A stretch of DNA of 64,000 bases from Euprymna scolopes (lineage: Eukaryota): assembly GCA_053919585.1 (NCBI GenBank), contig CM132828.1, one strand, 5' to 3'. The notes beneath the pieces were generated by a model. That model saw only the letters and a list, made by a program, of their open reading frames with translations, did no database searches and had not been told where the DNA came from. How positions within the stretch are numbered: the first letter of the stretch is position 1; each line of letters begins with the position of its first letter. Below are positions 28,301-43,300 of this stretch, in pieces. The position numbers and the translations under genes were made by a program.

Positions 28301-31300
28301 ATTAATCAACACATGTTGTCGTTTATGGGTGTGAAAAGTTTTGAATCTACTAATCCTCTTAATGCTCAATTCATCTGAACAAATACAAACATATTAACCG
28401 TATTCGAAGACGAAATTAATCAACACATGTTGTCGTTTATGGGTGTGAAAAGTGTTTAATCTACTAATCCTCTTAATGCTCAATTCATCTGAACAAATAT
28501 AGACATATTAACCGTATTCGAAGACGAAATTAATCAACACATGTTGTCGTTTATGGGTGTGAAAAGTTTTGAATCTACTAATCCTCTTAATGCTCAATTC
28601 ATCTGAACAAATACAGACATATTAACCGTATTCGAAGACGAAATTAATCAACACATGTCGTTTATGGGTGTGAAAAGTTTTGAATCTACTAATCCTCTTA
28701 ATGCTCAATTCATCTGAACAAATACAGACATATTAACCGTATTCGAAGACGAAATTAATCAACACATGTTGTCGTTTATGGGTGTGGAAAGTTTTTAATC
28801 TACTAATCCTCTTAATGCTCAATTCATCTGAACAAATACAAACATATTAACCGTATTCGAAGACGAAATTAATCAACACATGTCGCATATGATGCGAAAG
28901 GTTTTGAATCTACTAATCCTCTTAATGCCAACTCATCTGAACAAATACAAACATATTAACCGTATTCGAAGACGAAATTAATCAACACATGTTGTCGTTT
29001 ATGGGTGTGAAAAGTTTTTAATCTACTAATCCTCTTAATGCTCAATTCATCTGAACAAATACAGACATATTAACCGTATTCGAAGACGAAATTAATCAAC
29101 ACATGTTGTCGTTTATGGGTGTGAAAAGTTTTTAATCTACTAATCCTCTTAATGCTCAATTCATCTGAAAAAATACAGACATATTAACCGTATTCGAAGA
29201 CGAAATTAATCAACACATGTTGTCGTTTATGGGTGTGAAAAGTTTTGAATCTACTAATCCTCTTAATGCTCAATTCATCTGAACAAATACAAACATATTA
29301 ACCGTATTCGAAGACGAAATTAATCAACACATGTTGTCGTTTATGGGTGTGAAAAGTTTTTAATCTACTAATCCTCTTAATGCTCAATTCATCTGAACAA
29401 ATACAGACATATTAACCGTATTCGAAGACGAAATTAATCAACACATGTGCTGTCGTTTATGTGTGTGAAAAGTTTTTAATCTACTAATCCTCTTAATGCT
29501 CAATTCATCTGAACAAATACAGACATATTAACCGTATTCGAAGACGAAATTAATCAACACATGTTGTCGTTTATGGGTGTGAAAAGTTTTTAATCTACTA
29601 ATCCTCTTAATGCTCAATTCATCTGAACAAATACAAACATATTAACCGTATTCGAAGACGAAATTAATCAACACATGTTGTCGTTTATGGGTGTGAAAAG
29701 TTTTTAATCTACTAATCCTCTTAATGCTCAATTCATCTGAACAAATACAGACATATTAACCGTATTCGAAGACGAAATTAATCAACACATGTTGTCGTTT
29801 ATGGGTGTGAAAAGTTTTTAATCTACTAATCCTCTTAATGCTCAATTCATCTGAACAAATACAGACATATTAACCGTATTCGAAGACGAAATTAATCAAC
29901 ACATGTGCTGTCGTTTATGTGTGTGAAAAGTTTTTAATCTACTAATCCTCTTAATGCTCAATTCATCTGAACAAATACAGACATATTAACCGTATTCGAA
30001 GACGAAATTAATCAACACATGTCGTTTATGGGTGTGAAAAGTTTTTAATCTACTAATCCTCTTAATGCTCAATTCATCTGAACAAATACAGACATATTAA
30101 CCGTATTCGAAGACGAAATTAATCAACACATGTTGTCGTTTATGGGTGTGAAAAGTTTTGAATCTACTAATCCTCTTAATGCTCAATTCATCTGAACAAA
30201 TATAGACATATTAACCGTATTCGAAGACGAAATTAATCAACACATGTCGTTTATGGGTGTGAAAAGTTTTGAATCTACTAATCCTCTTAATGCTCAATTC
30301 ATCTGAACAAATACAGACATATTAACCGTATTCGAAGACGAAATTAATCAACACATGTTGTCGTTTATGGGTGTGAAAAGTTTTTAATCTACTAATCCTC
30401 TTAATGCTCAATTCATCTGAACAAATATAGACATATTAACCGTATTCGAAGACGAAATTAATCAACACATGTCATTTATGGGTGTGAAAAGTTTTGAATC
30501 TACTAATCCTCTTAATGCTCAATTCATCTGAACAAATACAGACATATTAACCGTATTCGAAGACGAAATTAATCAACACATGTTGTCGTTTATGGGTGTG
30601 AAAAGTTTTTAATCTACTAATCCTCTTAATGCTCAATTCATCTGAACAAATACAGACATATTAACCGTATTCGAAGACGAAATTAATCAACACATGTGCT
30701 GTCGTTTATGTGTGTGAAAAGTTTTTAATCTACTAATCCTCTTAATGCTCAATTCATCTGAACAAATACAAACATATTAACCGTATTCGAAGACGAAATT
30801 AATCAACACATGTTGTCGTTTATGGGTGTGAAAAGTTTTTAATCTACTAATCCTCTTAATGCTCAATTCATCTGAACAAATACAAACATATTAACCGTAT
30901 TCGAAGACGAAATTAATCAACACATGTTGTCGTTTATGGGTGTGAAAAGTTTTTAATCTACTAATCCTCTTAATGCTCAATTCATCTGAACAAATACAGA
31001 CATATTAACCGTATTCGAAGACGAAATTAATCAACACATGTTGTCGTTTATGGGTGTGAAAAGTTTTTAATCTACTAATCCTCTTAATGCTCAATTCATC
31101 TGAACAAATACAGACATATTAACCGTATTCGAAGACGAAATTAATCAACACATGTGCTGTCGTTTATGTGTGTGAAAAGTTTTTAATCTACTAATCCTCT
31201 TAATGCTCAATTCATCTGAACAAATACAGACATATTAACCGTATTCGAAGACGAAATTAATCAACACATGTCGTTTATGGGTGTGAAAAGTTTTTAATCT

Positions 31301-34300
31301 ACTAATCCTCTTAATGCTCAATTCATCTGAACAAATACAGACATATTAACCGTATTCGAAGACGAAATTAATCAACACATGTCGTTTATGGGTGTGAAAA
31401 GTTTTGAATCTACTAATCCTCTTAATGCTCAATTCATCTGAACAAATATAGACATATTAACCGTATTCGAAGACGAAATTAATCAACACATGTCGTTTAT
31501 GGGTGTGAAAAGTTTTGAATCTACTAATCCTCTTAATGCTCAATTCATCTGAACAAATACAGACATATTAACCGTATTCGAAGACGAAATTAATCAACAC
31601 ATGTTGTCGTTTATGGGTGTGAAAAGTTTTGAATCTACTAATCCTCTTAATGCTCAATTCATCTGAACAAATATAGACATATTAACCGTATTCGAAGACG
31701 AAATTAATCAACACATGTCGTTTATGGGTGTGAAAAGTTTTTAATCTACTAATCCTCTTAATGCTCAATTCATCTGAAAAAATACAGACATATTAACCGT
31801 ATTCGAAGACGAAATTAATCAACACATGTTGTCGTTTATGGGTGTGAAAAGTTTTGAATCTACTAATCCTCTTAATGCTCAATTCATCTGAACAAATACA
31901 GACATATTAACCGTATTCGAAGACGAAATTAATCAACACATGTCGTTTATGGGTGTGAAAAGTTTTGAATCTACTAATCCTCTTAATGCTCAATTCATCT
32001 GAACAAATACAGACATATTAACCGTATTCGAAGACGAAATTAATCAACACATGTTGTCGTTTATGGGTGTGAAAAGTTTTTAATCTACTAATCCTCTTAA
32101 TGCTCAATTCATCTGAACAAATACAGACATATTAACCGTATTCGAAGACGAAATTAATCAACACATGTTGTCGTTTATGGGTGTGAAAAGTTTTGAATCT
32201 ACTAATCCTCTTAATGCTCAATTCATCTGAACAAATACAGACATATTAACCGTATTCGAAGACGAAATTAATCAACACATGTCGTTTATGGGTGTGAAAA
32301 GTTTTTAATCTACTAATCCTCTTAATGCTCAATTCATCTGAACAAATACAGACATATTAACCGTATTCGAAGACGAAATTAATCAACACATGTTGTCGTT
32401 TATGGGTGTGAAAAGTTTTTAATCTACTAATCCTCTTAATGCTCAATTCATCTGAAAAAATACAGACATATTAACCGTATTCGAAGACGAAATTAATCAA
32501 CACATGTTGTCGTTTATGGGTGTGAAAAGTTTTTAATCTACTAATCCTCTTAATGCTCAATTCATCTGAAAAAATACAGACATATTAACCGTATTCGAAG
32601 ACGAAATTAATCAACACATGTGCTGTCGTTTATGTGTGTGAAAAGTTTTTAATCTACTAATCCTCTTAATGCTCAATTCATCTGAACAAATACAGACATA
32701 TTAACCGTATTCGAAGACGAAATTAATCAACACATGTTGTCGTTTATGTGTGTGAAAAGTTTTTAATCTACTAATCCTCTTAATGCTCAATTCATCTGAA
32801 CAAATACAGACATATTAACCGTATTCGAAGACGAAATTAATCAACACATGTTGTTTATGGGTGTGAAAAGTTTTTAATCTACTAATCCTCTTAATGCTCA
32901 ATTCATCTGAACAAACACAGACATATTAACCGTATTCGAAGACGAAATTAATCAACACATGTTGTCGTTTATGGGTGTGAAAAGTTTTTAATCTACTAAT
33001 CCTCTTAATGCTCAATTCATCTGAACAAATACAAACATATTAACCGTATTCGAAGACGAAATTAATCAACACATGTTGTCGTTTATGGGTGTGAAAAGTT
33101 TTTAATCTACTAATCCTCTTAATGCTCAATTCATCTGAACAAATACAGACATATTAACCGTATTCGAAGACGAAATTAATCAACACATGTCGTTTATGGG
33201 TGTGAAAAGTTTTGAATCTACTAATCCTCTTAATGCTCAATTCATCTGAACAAATACAGACATATTAACCGTATTCGAAGACGAAATTAATCAACACATG
33301 TTGTCGTTTATGGGTGTGAAAAGTTTTGAATCTACTAATCCTCTTAATGCTCAATTCATCTGAACAAATACAGACATATTAACCGTATTCGAAGACGAAA
33401 TTAATCAACACATGTCGTTTATGGGTGTGAAAAGTTTTTAATCTACTAATCCTCTTAATGCTCAATTCATCTGAACAAATACAGACATATTAACCGTATT
33501 CGAAGACGAAATTAATCAACACATGTGCTGTCGTTTATGGGTGTGAAAAGTTTTTAATCTACTAATCCTCTTAATGCTCAATTCATCTGAACAAATACAG
33601 ACATATTAACCGTATTCGAAGACGAAATTAATCAACACATGTCGTTTATGGGTGTGAAAAGTTTTGAATCTACTAATCCTCTTAATGCTCAATTCATCTG
33701 AACAAATACAGACATATTAACCGTATTCGAAGACGAAATTAATCAACACATGTTGTCGTTTATGGGTGTGAAAAGTTTTTAATCTACTAATCCTCTTAAT
33801 GCTCAATTCATCTGAAAAAATACAGACATATTAACCGTATTCGAAGACGAAATTAATCAACACATGTTGTCGTTTATGGGTGTGAAAAGTTTTTAATCTA
33901 CTAATCCTCTTAATGCTCAATTCATCTGAACAAATACAGACATATTAACCGTATTCGAAGACGAAATTAATCAACACATGTCGTTTATGGGTGTGAAAAG
34001 TTTTTAATCTACTAATCCTCTTAATGCTCAATTCATCTGAACAAATACAGACATATTAACCGTATTCGAAGACGAAATTAATCAACACATGTCGTTTATG
34101 GGTGTGAAAAGTTTTTAATCTACTAATCCTCTTAATGCTCAATTCATCTGAACAAATACAGACATATTAACCGTATTCGAAGACGAAATTAATCAACACA
34201 TGTTGTCGTTTATGGGTGTGAAAAGTTTTTAATCTACTAATCCTCTTAATGCTCAATTCATCTGAAAAAATACAGACATATTAACCGTATTCGAAGACGA

Positions 34301-37300
34301 AATTAATCAACACATGTTGTCGTTTATGGGTGTGAAAAGTTTTTAATCTACTAATCCTCTTAATGCTCAATTCATCTGAAAAAATACAGACATATTAACC
34401 GTATTCGAAGACGAAATTAATCAACACATGTGCTGTCGTTTATGTGTGTGAAAAGTTTTTAATCTACTAATCCTCTTAATGCTCAATTCATCTGAACAAA
34501 TACAGACATATTAACCGTATTCGAAGACGAAATTAATCAACACATGTGCTGTCGTTTATGTGTGTGAAAAGTTTTTAATCTACTAATCCTCTTAATGCTC
34601 AATTCATCTGAACAAATACAGACATATTAACCGTATTCGAAGACGAAATTAATCAACACATGTTGTTTATGGGTGTGAAAAGTTTTTAATCTACTAATCC
34701 TCTTAATGCTCAATTCATCTGAACAAACACAGACATATTAACCGTATTCGAAGACGAAATTAATCAACACATGTTGTCGTTTATGGGTGTGAAAAGTTTT
34801 GAATCTACTAATCCTCTTAATGCTCAATTCATCTGAACAAATACAGACATATTAACCGTATTCGAAGACGAAATTAATCAACACATGTGCTGTCGTTTAT
34901 GTGTGTGAAAAGTTTTTAATCTACTAATCCTCTTAATGCTCAATTCATCTGAACAAATACAAACATATTAACCGTATTCGAAGACGAAATTAATCAACAC
35001 ATGTTGTCGTTTATGGGTGTGAAAAGTTTTTCATCTACTAATCCTCTTAATGCTCAATTAATCTGAACAAATACAGACATATTAACCGTATTCGAAGACG
35101 AAATTAATCAACACATGTTGTTTATGTGTGTGAAAAGTTTTTAATCTACTAATCCTCTTAATGCTCAATTCATCTGAACAAATACAGACATATTAACCGT
35201 ATTCGAAGACGAAATTAATCAACACATGTTGTCGTTTATGGGTGTGAAAAGTTTTGAATCTACTAATCCTCTTAATGCTCAATTCATCTGAACAAATACA
35301 GACATATTAACCGTATTCGAAGACGAAATTAATCAACACATGTCGTTTATGGGTGTGAAAAGTTTTTAATCTACTAATCCTCTTAATGCTCAATTCATCT
35401 GAACAAATACAGACATATTAACCGTATTCGAAGACGAAATTAATCAACACATGTTGTTTATGGGTGTGAAAAGTTTTTAATCTACTAATCCTCTTAATGC
35501 TCAATTCATCTGAACAAACACAGACATATTAACCGTATTCGAAGACGAAATTAATCAACACATGTTGTCGTTTATGGGTGTTAAAAGTTTTTAATCTACT
35601 AATCCTCTTAATGCTCAATTCATCTGAACAAATACAGACATATTAACCGTATTCGAAGACGAAATTAATCAACACATGTCGTTTATGGGTGTGAAAAGTT
35701 TTTAATCTACTAATCCTCTTAATGCTCAATTCATCTGAACAAATACAGACATATTAACCGTATTCGAAGACGAAATTAATCAACACATGCTGTCGTTTAT
35801 GGGTGTGAAAAGTTTTGAATCTACTAATCCTCTTAATGCTCAATTCATCTGAACAAATACAAACATATTAACCATATTCGAAGACGAAATTAATCAACAC
35901 ATGTTGTCGTTTATGGGTGTGAAAAGTTTTTAATCTACTAATCCTCTTAATGCTCAATTCATCTGAACAAATATAGACATATTAACCGTATTCGAAGACG
36001 AAATTAATCAACACATTTTGTCGTTTATGGGTGTGAAAAGTTTTGAATCTACTAATCCTCTTAATGCTCAATTCATCTGAACAAATACAGACATATTAAC
36101 CGTATTCGAAGACGAAATTAATCAACACATGTTGTCGTTTATGGGTGTGAAAAGTTTTGAATCTACTAATCCTCTTAATGCTCAATTCATCTGAACAAAT
36201 ACAGACATATTAACCGTATTCGAAGACGAAATTAATCAACACATGTCGTTTATGGGTGTGAAAAGTTTTTAATCTACTAATCCTCTTAATGCTCAATTCA
36301 TCTGAACAAATACAGACATATTAACCGTATTCGAAGACGAAATTAATCAACACATGTTGTTTATGGGTGTGAAAAGTTTTTAATCTACTAATCCTCTTAA
36401 TGCTCAATTCATCTGAACAAACACAGACATACTAACCGTATTCGAAGACGAAATTAATCAACACATGTTGTCGTTTATGGGTGTGAAAAGTTTTTAATCT
36501 ACTAATCCTCTTAATGCTCAATTCATCTGAACAAATACAGACATATTAACCGTATTCGAAGACGAAATTAATCAACACATGTCGTTTATGGGTGTGAAAA
36601 GTTTTGAATCTACTAATCCTCTTAATGCTCAATTCATCTGAACAAATACAGACATATTAACCGTATTCGAAGACGAAATTAATCAACACATGTCGTTTAT
36701 GGGTGTGAAAAGTTTTGAATCTACTAATCCTCTTAATGCTCAATTCATCTGAACAAATACAAACATATTAACCATATTCGAAGACGAAATTAATCAACAC
36801 ATGTTGTCGTTTATGGGTGTGAAAAGTTTTTAATCTACTAATCCTCTTAATGCTCAATTCATCTGAACAAATACAGACATATTAACCGTATTCGAAGACG
36901 AAATTAATCAACACATGTTGTCGTTTATGGGTGTGAAAAGTTTTTAATCTACTAATCCTCTTAATGCTCAATTCATCTGAACAAATATAGACATATTAAC
37001 CGTATTCGAAGACGAAATTAATCAACACATTTTGTCGTTTATGGGTGTGAAAAGTTTTGAATCTACTAATCCTCTTAATGCTCAATTCATCTGAACAAAT
37101 ACAGACATATTAACCGTATTCGAAGACGAAATTAATCAACACATGCTGTCGTTTATGGGTGTGAAAAGTTTTTAATCTACTAATCCTCTTAATGCTCAAT
37201 TCATCTGAACAAATACAGACATATTAACCGTATTCGAAGACGAAATTAATCAACACATGTTGTCGTTTATGGGTGTGAAAAGTTTTTAATCTACTAATCC

Positions 37301-40300
37301 TCTTAATGCTCAATTCATCTGAACAAATACAAACATATTAACCATATTCGAAGACGAAATTAATCAACACATGTTGTCGTTTATGGGTGTGAAAAGTTTT
37401 GAATCTACTAATCCTCTTAATGCTCAATTCATCTAAACAAATACAGACATATTAACCATATTCGAAGACGAAATTAATCAACACATGCTGTCGTTTATGG
37501 GTGTGAAAAGTTTTGAATCTACTAATCCTCTTAATGCTCAATTCATCTGAACAAATACAGACATATTAACCGTATTCGAAGACGAAATTAATCAACACAT
37601 GTCGTTTATGGGTGTGAAAAGTTTTTAATCTACTAATCCTATTAATGCTCAATTCATCTGAACAAATACAGACATATTAACCGTATTCGAAGACGAAATT
37701 AATCAACACATGTTGTCGTTTATGGGTGTGAAAAGTTTTTAATCTACTAATCCTCTTAATGCTCAATTCATCTGAACAAATACAGACATATTAACCGTAT
37801 TCGAAGACGAAATTAATCAACACATGTTGTCGTTTATGGGTGTGAAAAGTTTTGAATCTACTAATCCTCTTAATGCTCAATTCATCTGAACAAATACAGA
37901 CATAATAACCGTATTCGAAGACGAAATTAATCAACACATGTCGTTTATGGGTGTGAAAAGTTTTGAATCTACTAATCCTCTTAATGCTCAATTCATCTGA
38001 ACAAATACAAACATATTAACCGTATTCGAAGACGAAATTAATCAACACATGTTGTCGTGTATGGGTGTGAAAAGTTTTTAATCTACTAATCCTCTTAATG
38101 CTCAATTCATCTGAACAAATACAGACATATTAACCGTATTCGAAGACGAAATTAATCAACACATGTGCTGTCGTTTATGTGTGTGAAAAGTTTTTAATCT
38201 ACTAATCCTCTTAATGCTCAATTCATCTGAACAAATACAGACATATTAACCGTATTCGAAGACGAAATTAATCAACACATGTTGTCGTTTATGGGTGTGA
38301 AAAGTTTTTAATCTACTAATCCTCTTAATGCTCAATTCATCTGAACAAATACAGACATATTAACCGTATTCGAAGACCAAATTAATCAACACATGTGCTG
38401 TCGTTTATGTGTGTGAAAAGTTTTTAATCTACTAATCCTCTTAATGCTCAATTCATCTGAACAAATACAGACATATTAACCGTATTCGAAGACGAAATTA
38501 ATCAACACATGTCGTTTATGGGTGTGAAAAGTTTTTAATCTACTAATCCTCTTAATGCTCAATTCATCTGAACAAATACAGACATATTAACCGTATTCGA
38601 AGACGAAATTAATCAACACATGTTGTCGTTTATGGGTGTGAAAAGTTTTGAATCTACTAATCCTCTTAATGCTCAATTCATCTGAACAAATATAGACATA
38701 TTAACCGTATTCGAAGACGAAATTAATCAACACATGTCGTTTATGGGTGTGAAAAGTTTTGAATCTACTAATCCTCTTAATGCTCAATTCATCTGAACAA
38801 ATACAGACATATTAACCGTATTCGAAGACGAAATTAATCAACACATGTTGTCGTTTATGGGTGTGAAAAGTTTTGAATCTACTAATCCTCTTAATGCTCA
38901 ATTCATCTGAACAAATATAGACATATTAACCGTATTCGAAGACGAAATTAATCAACACATGTCGTTTATGGGTGTGAAAAGTATTGAATCTACTAATCCT
39001 CTTAATGCTCAATTCATCTGAACAAATACAGACATATTAACCGTATTCGAAGACGAAATTAATCAACACATGTCGTTTATGGGTGTGAAAAGTTTTGAAT
39101 CTACTAATCCTCTTAATGCTCAATTCATCTGAACAAATACAGACATATTAACCGTATTCGAAGACGAAATTAATCAACACATGTTGTCGTTTATGGGTGT
39201 GAAAAGTTTTTAATCTACTAATCCTCTTAATGCTCAATTCATCTGAACAAATACAGACATATTAACCGTATTCGAAGACGAAATTAATCAACACATGTTG
39301 TCGTTTATGGGTGTGAAAAGTTTTGAATCTACTAATCCTCTTAATGCTCAATTCATCTGAACAAATACAGACATATTAACCGTATTCGAAGACGAAATTA
39401 ATCAACACATGTTGTCGTTTATGGGTGTGAAAAGTTTTTAATCTACTAATCCTCTTAATGCTCAATTCATCTGAACAAATACAGACATATTAACCGTATT
39501 CGAAGACGAAATTAATCAACACATGTTGTCGTTTATGGGTGTGAAAAGTTTTTAATCTACTAATCCTCTTAATGCTCAATTCATCTGAAAAAATACAGAC
39601 ATATTAACCGTATTCGAAGACGAAATTAATCAACACATGTTGTCGTTTATGGGTGTGAAAAGTTTTTAATCTACTAATCCTCTTAATGCTCAATTCATCT
39701 GAACAAATACAGACATATTAACCGTATTCGAAGACGAAATTAATCAACACATGTCGTTTATGGGTGTGAAAAGTTTTTAATCTACTAATCCTCTTAATGC
39801 TCAATTCATCTGAACAAATACAGACATATTAACCGTATTCGAAGACGAAATTAATCAACACATGTCGTTTATGGGTGTGAAAAGTTTTTAATCTACTAAT
39901 CCTCTTAATGCTCAATTCATCTGAACAAATACAGACATATTAACCGTATTCGAAGACGAAATTAATCAACACATGTTGTCGTTTATGGGTGTGAAAAGTT
40001 TTTAATCTACTAATCCTCTTAATGCTCAATTCATCTGAACAAATACAGACATATTAACCGTATTTGAAGACGAAATTAATCAACACATGTTGTCGTTTAT
40101 GGGTGTGAAAAGTTTTTAATCTACTAATCCTCTTAATGCTCAATTCATCTGAAAAAATACAGACATATTAACCGTATTCGAAGACGAAATTAATCAACAC
40201 ATGTTGTCGTTTATGGGTGTGAAAAGTTTTTAATCTACTAATCCTCTTAATGCTCAATTCATCTGAACAAATACAGACATATTAACCGTATTCGAAGACG

Positions 40301-43300
40301 AAATTAATCAACACATGTCGTTTATGGGTGTGAAAAGTTTTTAATCTACTAATCCTCTTAATGCTCAATTCATCTGAACAAATACAGACATATTAACCGT
40401 ATTCGAAGACGAAATTAATCAACACATGTTGTCGTTTATGGGTGTGATAAGTTTTTAATCTACTAATCCTCTTAATGCTCAATTCATCTGAACAAATACA
40501 GACATATTAACCGTATTCGAAGACGAAATTAATCAACACATGTTGTCGTTTATGGGTGTGAAAAGTTTTGAATCTACTAATCCTCTTAATGCTCAATTCA
40601 TCTGAACAAATACAGACATATTAACCGTATTCGAAGACGAAATTAATCAACACATGTTGTCGTTTATGGGTGTGAAAAGTTTTTAATCTACTAATCCTCT
40701 TAATGCTCAATTCATCTGAAAAAATACAGACATATTAACCGTATTCGAAGACGAAATTAATCAACACATGTTGTCGTTTATGTGTGTGAAAAGTTTTTAA
40801 TCTACTAATCCTCTTAATGCTCAATTCATCTGAAAAAATACAGACATATTAACCGTATTCGAAGACGAAATTAATCAACACATGTGCTGTCGTTTATGTG
40901 TGTGAAAAGTTTTTAATCTACTAATCCTCTTAATGCTCAATTCATCTGAACAAATACAGACATATTAACCGTATTCGAAGACGAAATTAATCAACACATG
41001 TTGTTTATGGGTGTGAAAAGTTTTTAATCTACTAATCCTCTTAATGCTCAATTCATCTGAACAAACACAGACATATTAACCGTATTCGAAGACGAAATTA
41101 ATCAACACATGTTGTCGTTTATGGGTGTGAAAAGTTTTTAATCTACTAATCCTCTTAATGCTCAATTCATCTGAACAAATACAGACATATTAACCGTATT
41201 CGAAGACGAAATTAATCAACACATGTTGTCGTTTATGGGTGTGAAAAGTTTTGAATCTACTAATCCTCTTAATGCTCAATTCATCTGAACAAATACAGAC
41301 ATATTAACCGTATTCGAAGACGAAATTAATCAACACATGTTGTCGTTTATGGGTGTGAAAAGTTTTTAATCTACTAATCCTCTTAATGCTCAATTCATCT
41401 GAAAAAATACAGACATATTAACCGTATTCGAAGACGAAATTAATCAACACATGTTGTCGTTTATGTGTGTGAAAAGTTTTTAATCTACTAATCCTCTTAA
41501 TGCTCAATTCATCTGAAAAAATACAGACATATTAACCGTATTCGAAGACGAAATTAATCAACACATGTGCTGTCGTTTATGTGTGTGAAAAGTTTTTAAT
41601 CTACTAATCCTCTTAATGCTCAATTCATCTGAACAAATACAGACATATTAACCGTATTCGAAGACGAAATTAATCAACACATGTTGTTTATGGGTGTGAA
41701 AAGTTTTTAATCTACTAATCCTCTTAATGCTCAATTCATCTGAACAAACACAGACATATTAACCGTATTCGAAGACGAAATTAATCAACACATGTTGTCG
41801 TTTATGGGTGTGAAAAGTTTTTAATCTACTAATCCTCTTAATGCTCAATTCATATGAACAAATACAGACATATTAACCGTATTCGAAGACGAAATTAATC
41901 AACACATGTTGTCGTTTATGGGTGTGAAAAGTTTTTAATCTACTAATCCTCTTAATGCTCAATTCATCTGAACAAATACAGACATATTAACCGTATTCGA
42001 AGACGAAATTAATCAACACATGTTGTCGTTTATGGGTGTGAAAAGTTTTTAATCTACTAATCCTCTTAATGCTCAATTCATCTGAACAAATACAGACATA
42101 TTAACCGTATTCGAAGACGAAATTAATCAACACATGTCGTTTATGGGTGTGAAAAGTTTTTAATATACTAATCCTCTTAATGCTCAATTCATCTGAACAA
42201 ATACAGACATATTAACCGTATTCGAAGACGAAATTAATCAACACATGTTGTCGTTTATGGGTGTGAAAAGTTTTTAATCTACTAATCCTCTTAATGCTCA
42301 ATTCATCTGAAAAAATACAGACATATTAACCGTATTCGAAGACGAAATTAATCAACACATGTTGTCGTTTATGGGTGTGAAAAGTTTTTAATCTACTAAT
42401 CCTCTTAATGCTCAATTCATCTGAAAAAATACAGACATATTAACCGTATTCGAAGACGAAATTAATAAACACATGTGCTGTCGTTTATGTGTGTGAAAAG
42501 TTTTTAATCTACTAATCCTCTTAATGCTCAATTCATCTGAACAAATACAGACATATTAACCGTATTCGAAGACGAAATTAATCAACACATGTCGTTTATG
42601 GGTGTGAAAAGTTTTTAATCTACTAATCCTCTTAATGCTCAATTCATCTGAACAAATACAAACATATTAACCGTATTCGAAGACGAAATTAATCAACACA
42701 TGTTGTCGTTTATGGGTGTGAAAAGTTTTGAATCTACTAATCCTCTTAATGCTCAATTCATCTGAACAAACACAGACATATTAACCGTATTCGAAGACGA
42801 AATTAATCAACACATGTTGTCGTTTATGGGTGTGAAAAGTTTTTAATCTACTAATCCTCTTAATGCTCAATTCATCTGAACAAATACAAACATATTAACC
42901 GTATTCGAAGACGAAATTAATCAACACATGTTGTCGTTTATGGGTGTGAAAAGTTTTTAATCTACTAATCCTCTTAATGCTCAATTCATCTGAACAAATA
43001 CAGACATATTAACCGTATTCGAAGACGAAATTAATCAACACATGTCGTTTATGGGTGTGAAAAGTTTTGAATCTACTAATCCTCTTAATGCTCAATTCAT
43101 CTGAACAAATACAGACATATTAACCGTATTCGAAGACGAAATTAATCAACACATGTTGTCGTTTATGGGTGTGAAAAGTTTTGAATCTACTAATCCTCTT
43201 AATGCTCAATTCATCTGAACAAATACAGACATATTAACCGTATTCGAAGACGAAATTAATCAACACATGTCGTTTATGGGTGTGAAAAGTTTTGAATCTA

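Noticed and set aside
8052-37991. Repeat-protein gene in the satellite (ORFs at 8052, 28166, 37791; 114 and 111 bp are multiples of 3)
   Set aside because: Nearly every monomer has a stop in these frames. The ORFs arise from isolated SNPs removing one TAA. The 116, 110 and 106 bp variants break frame, and the 3 nt deletions are explained by TGT slippage.
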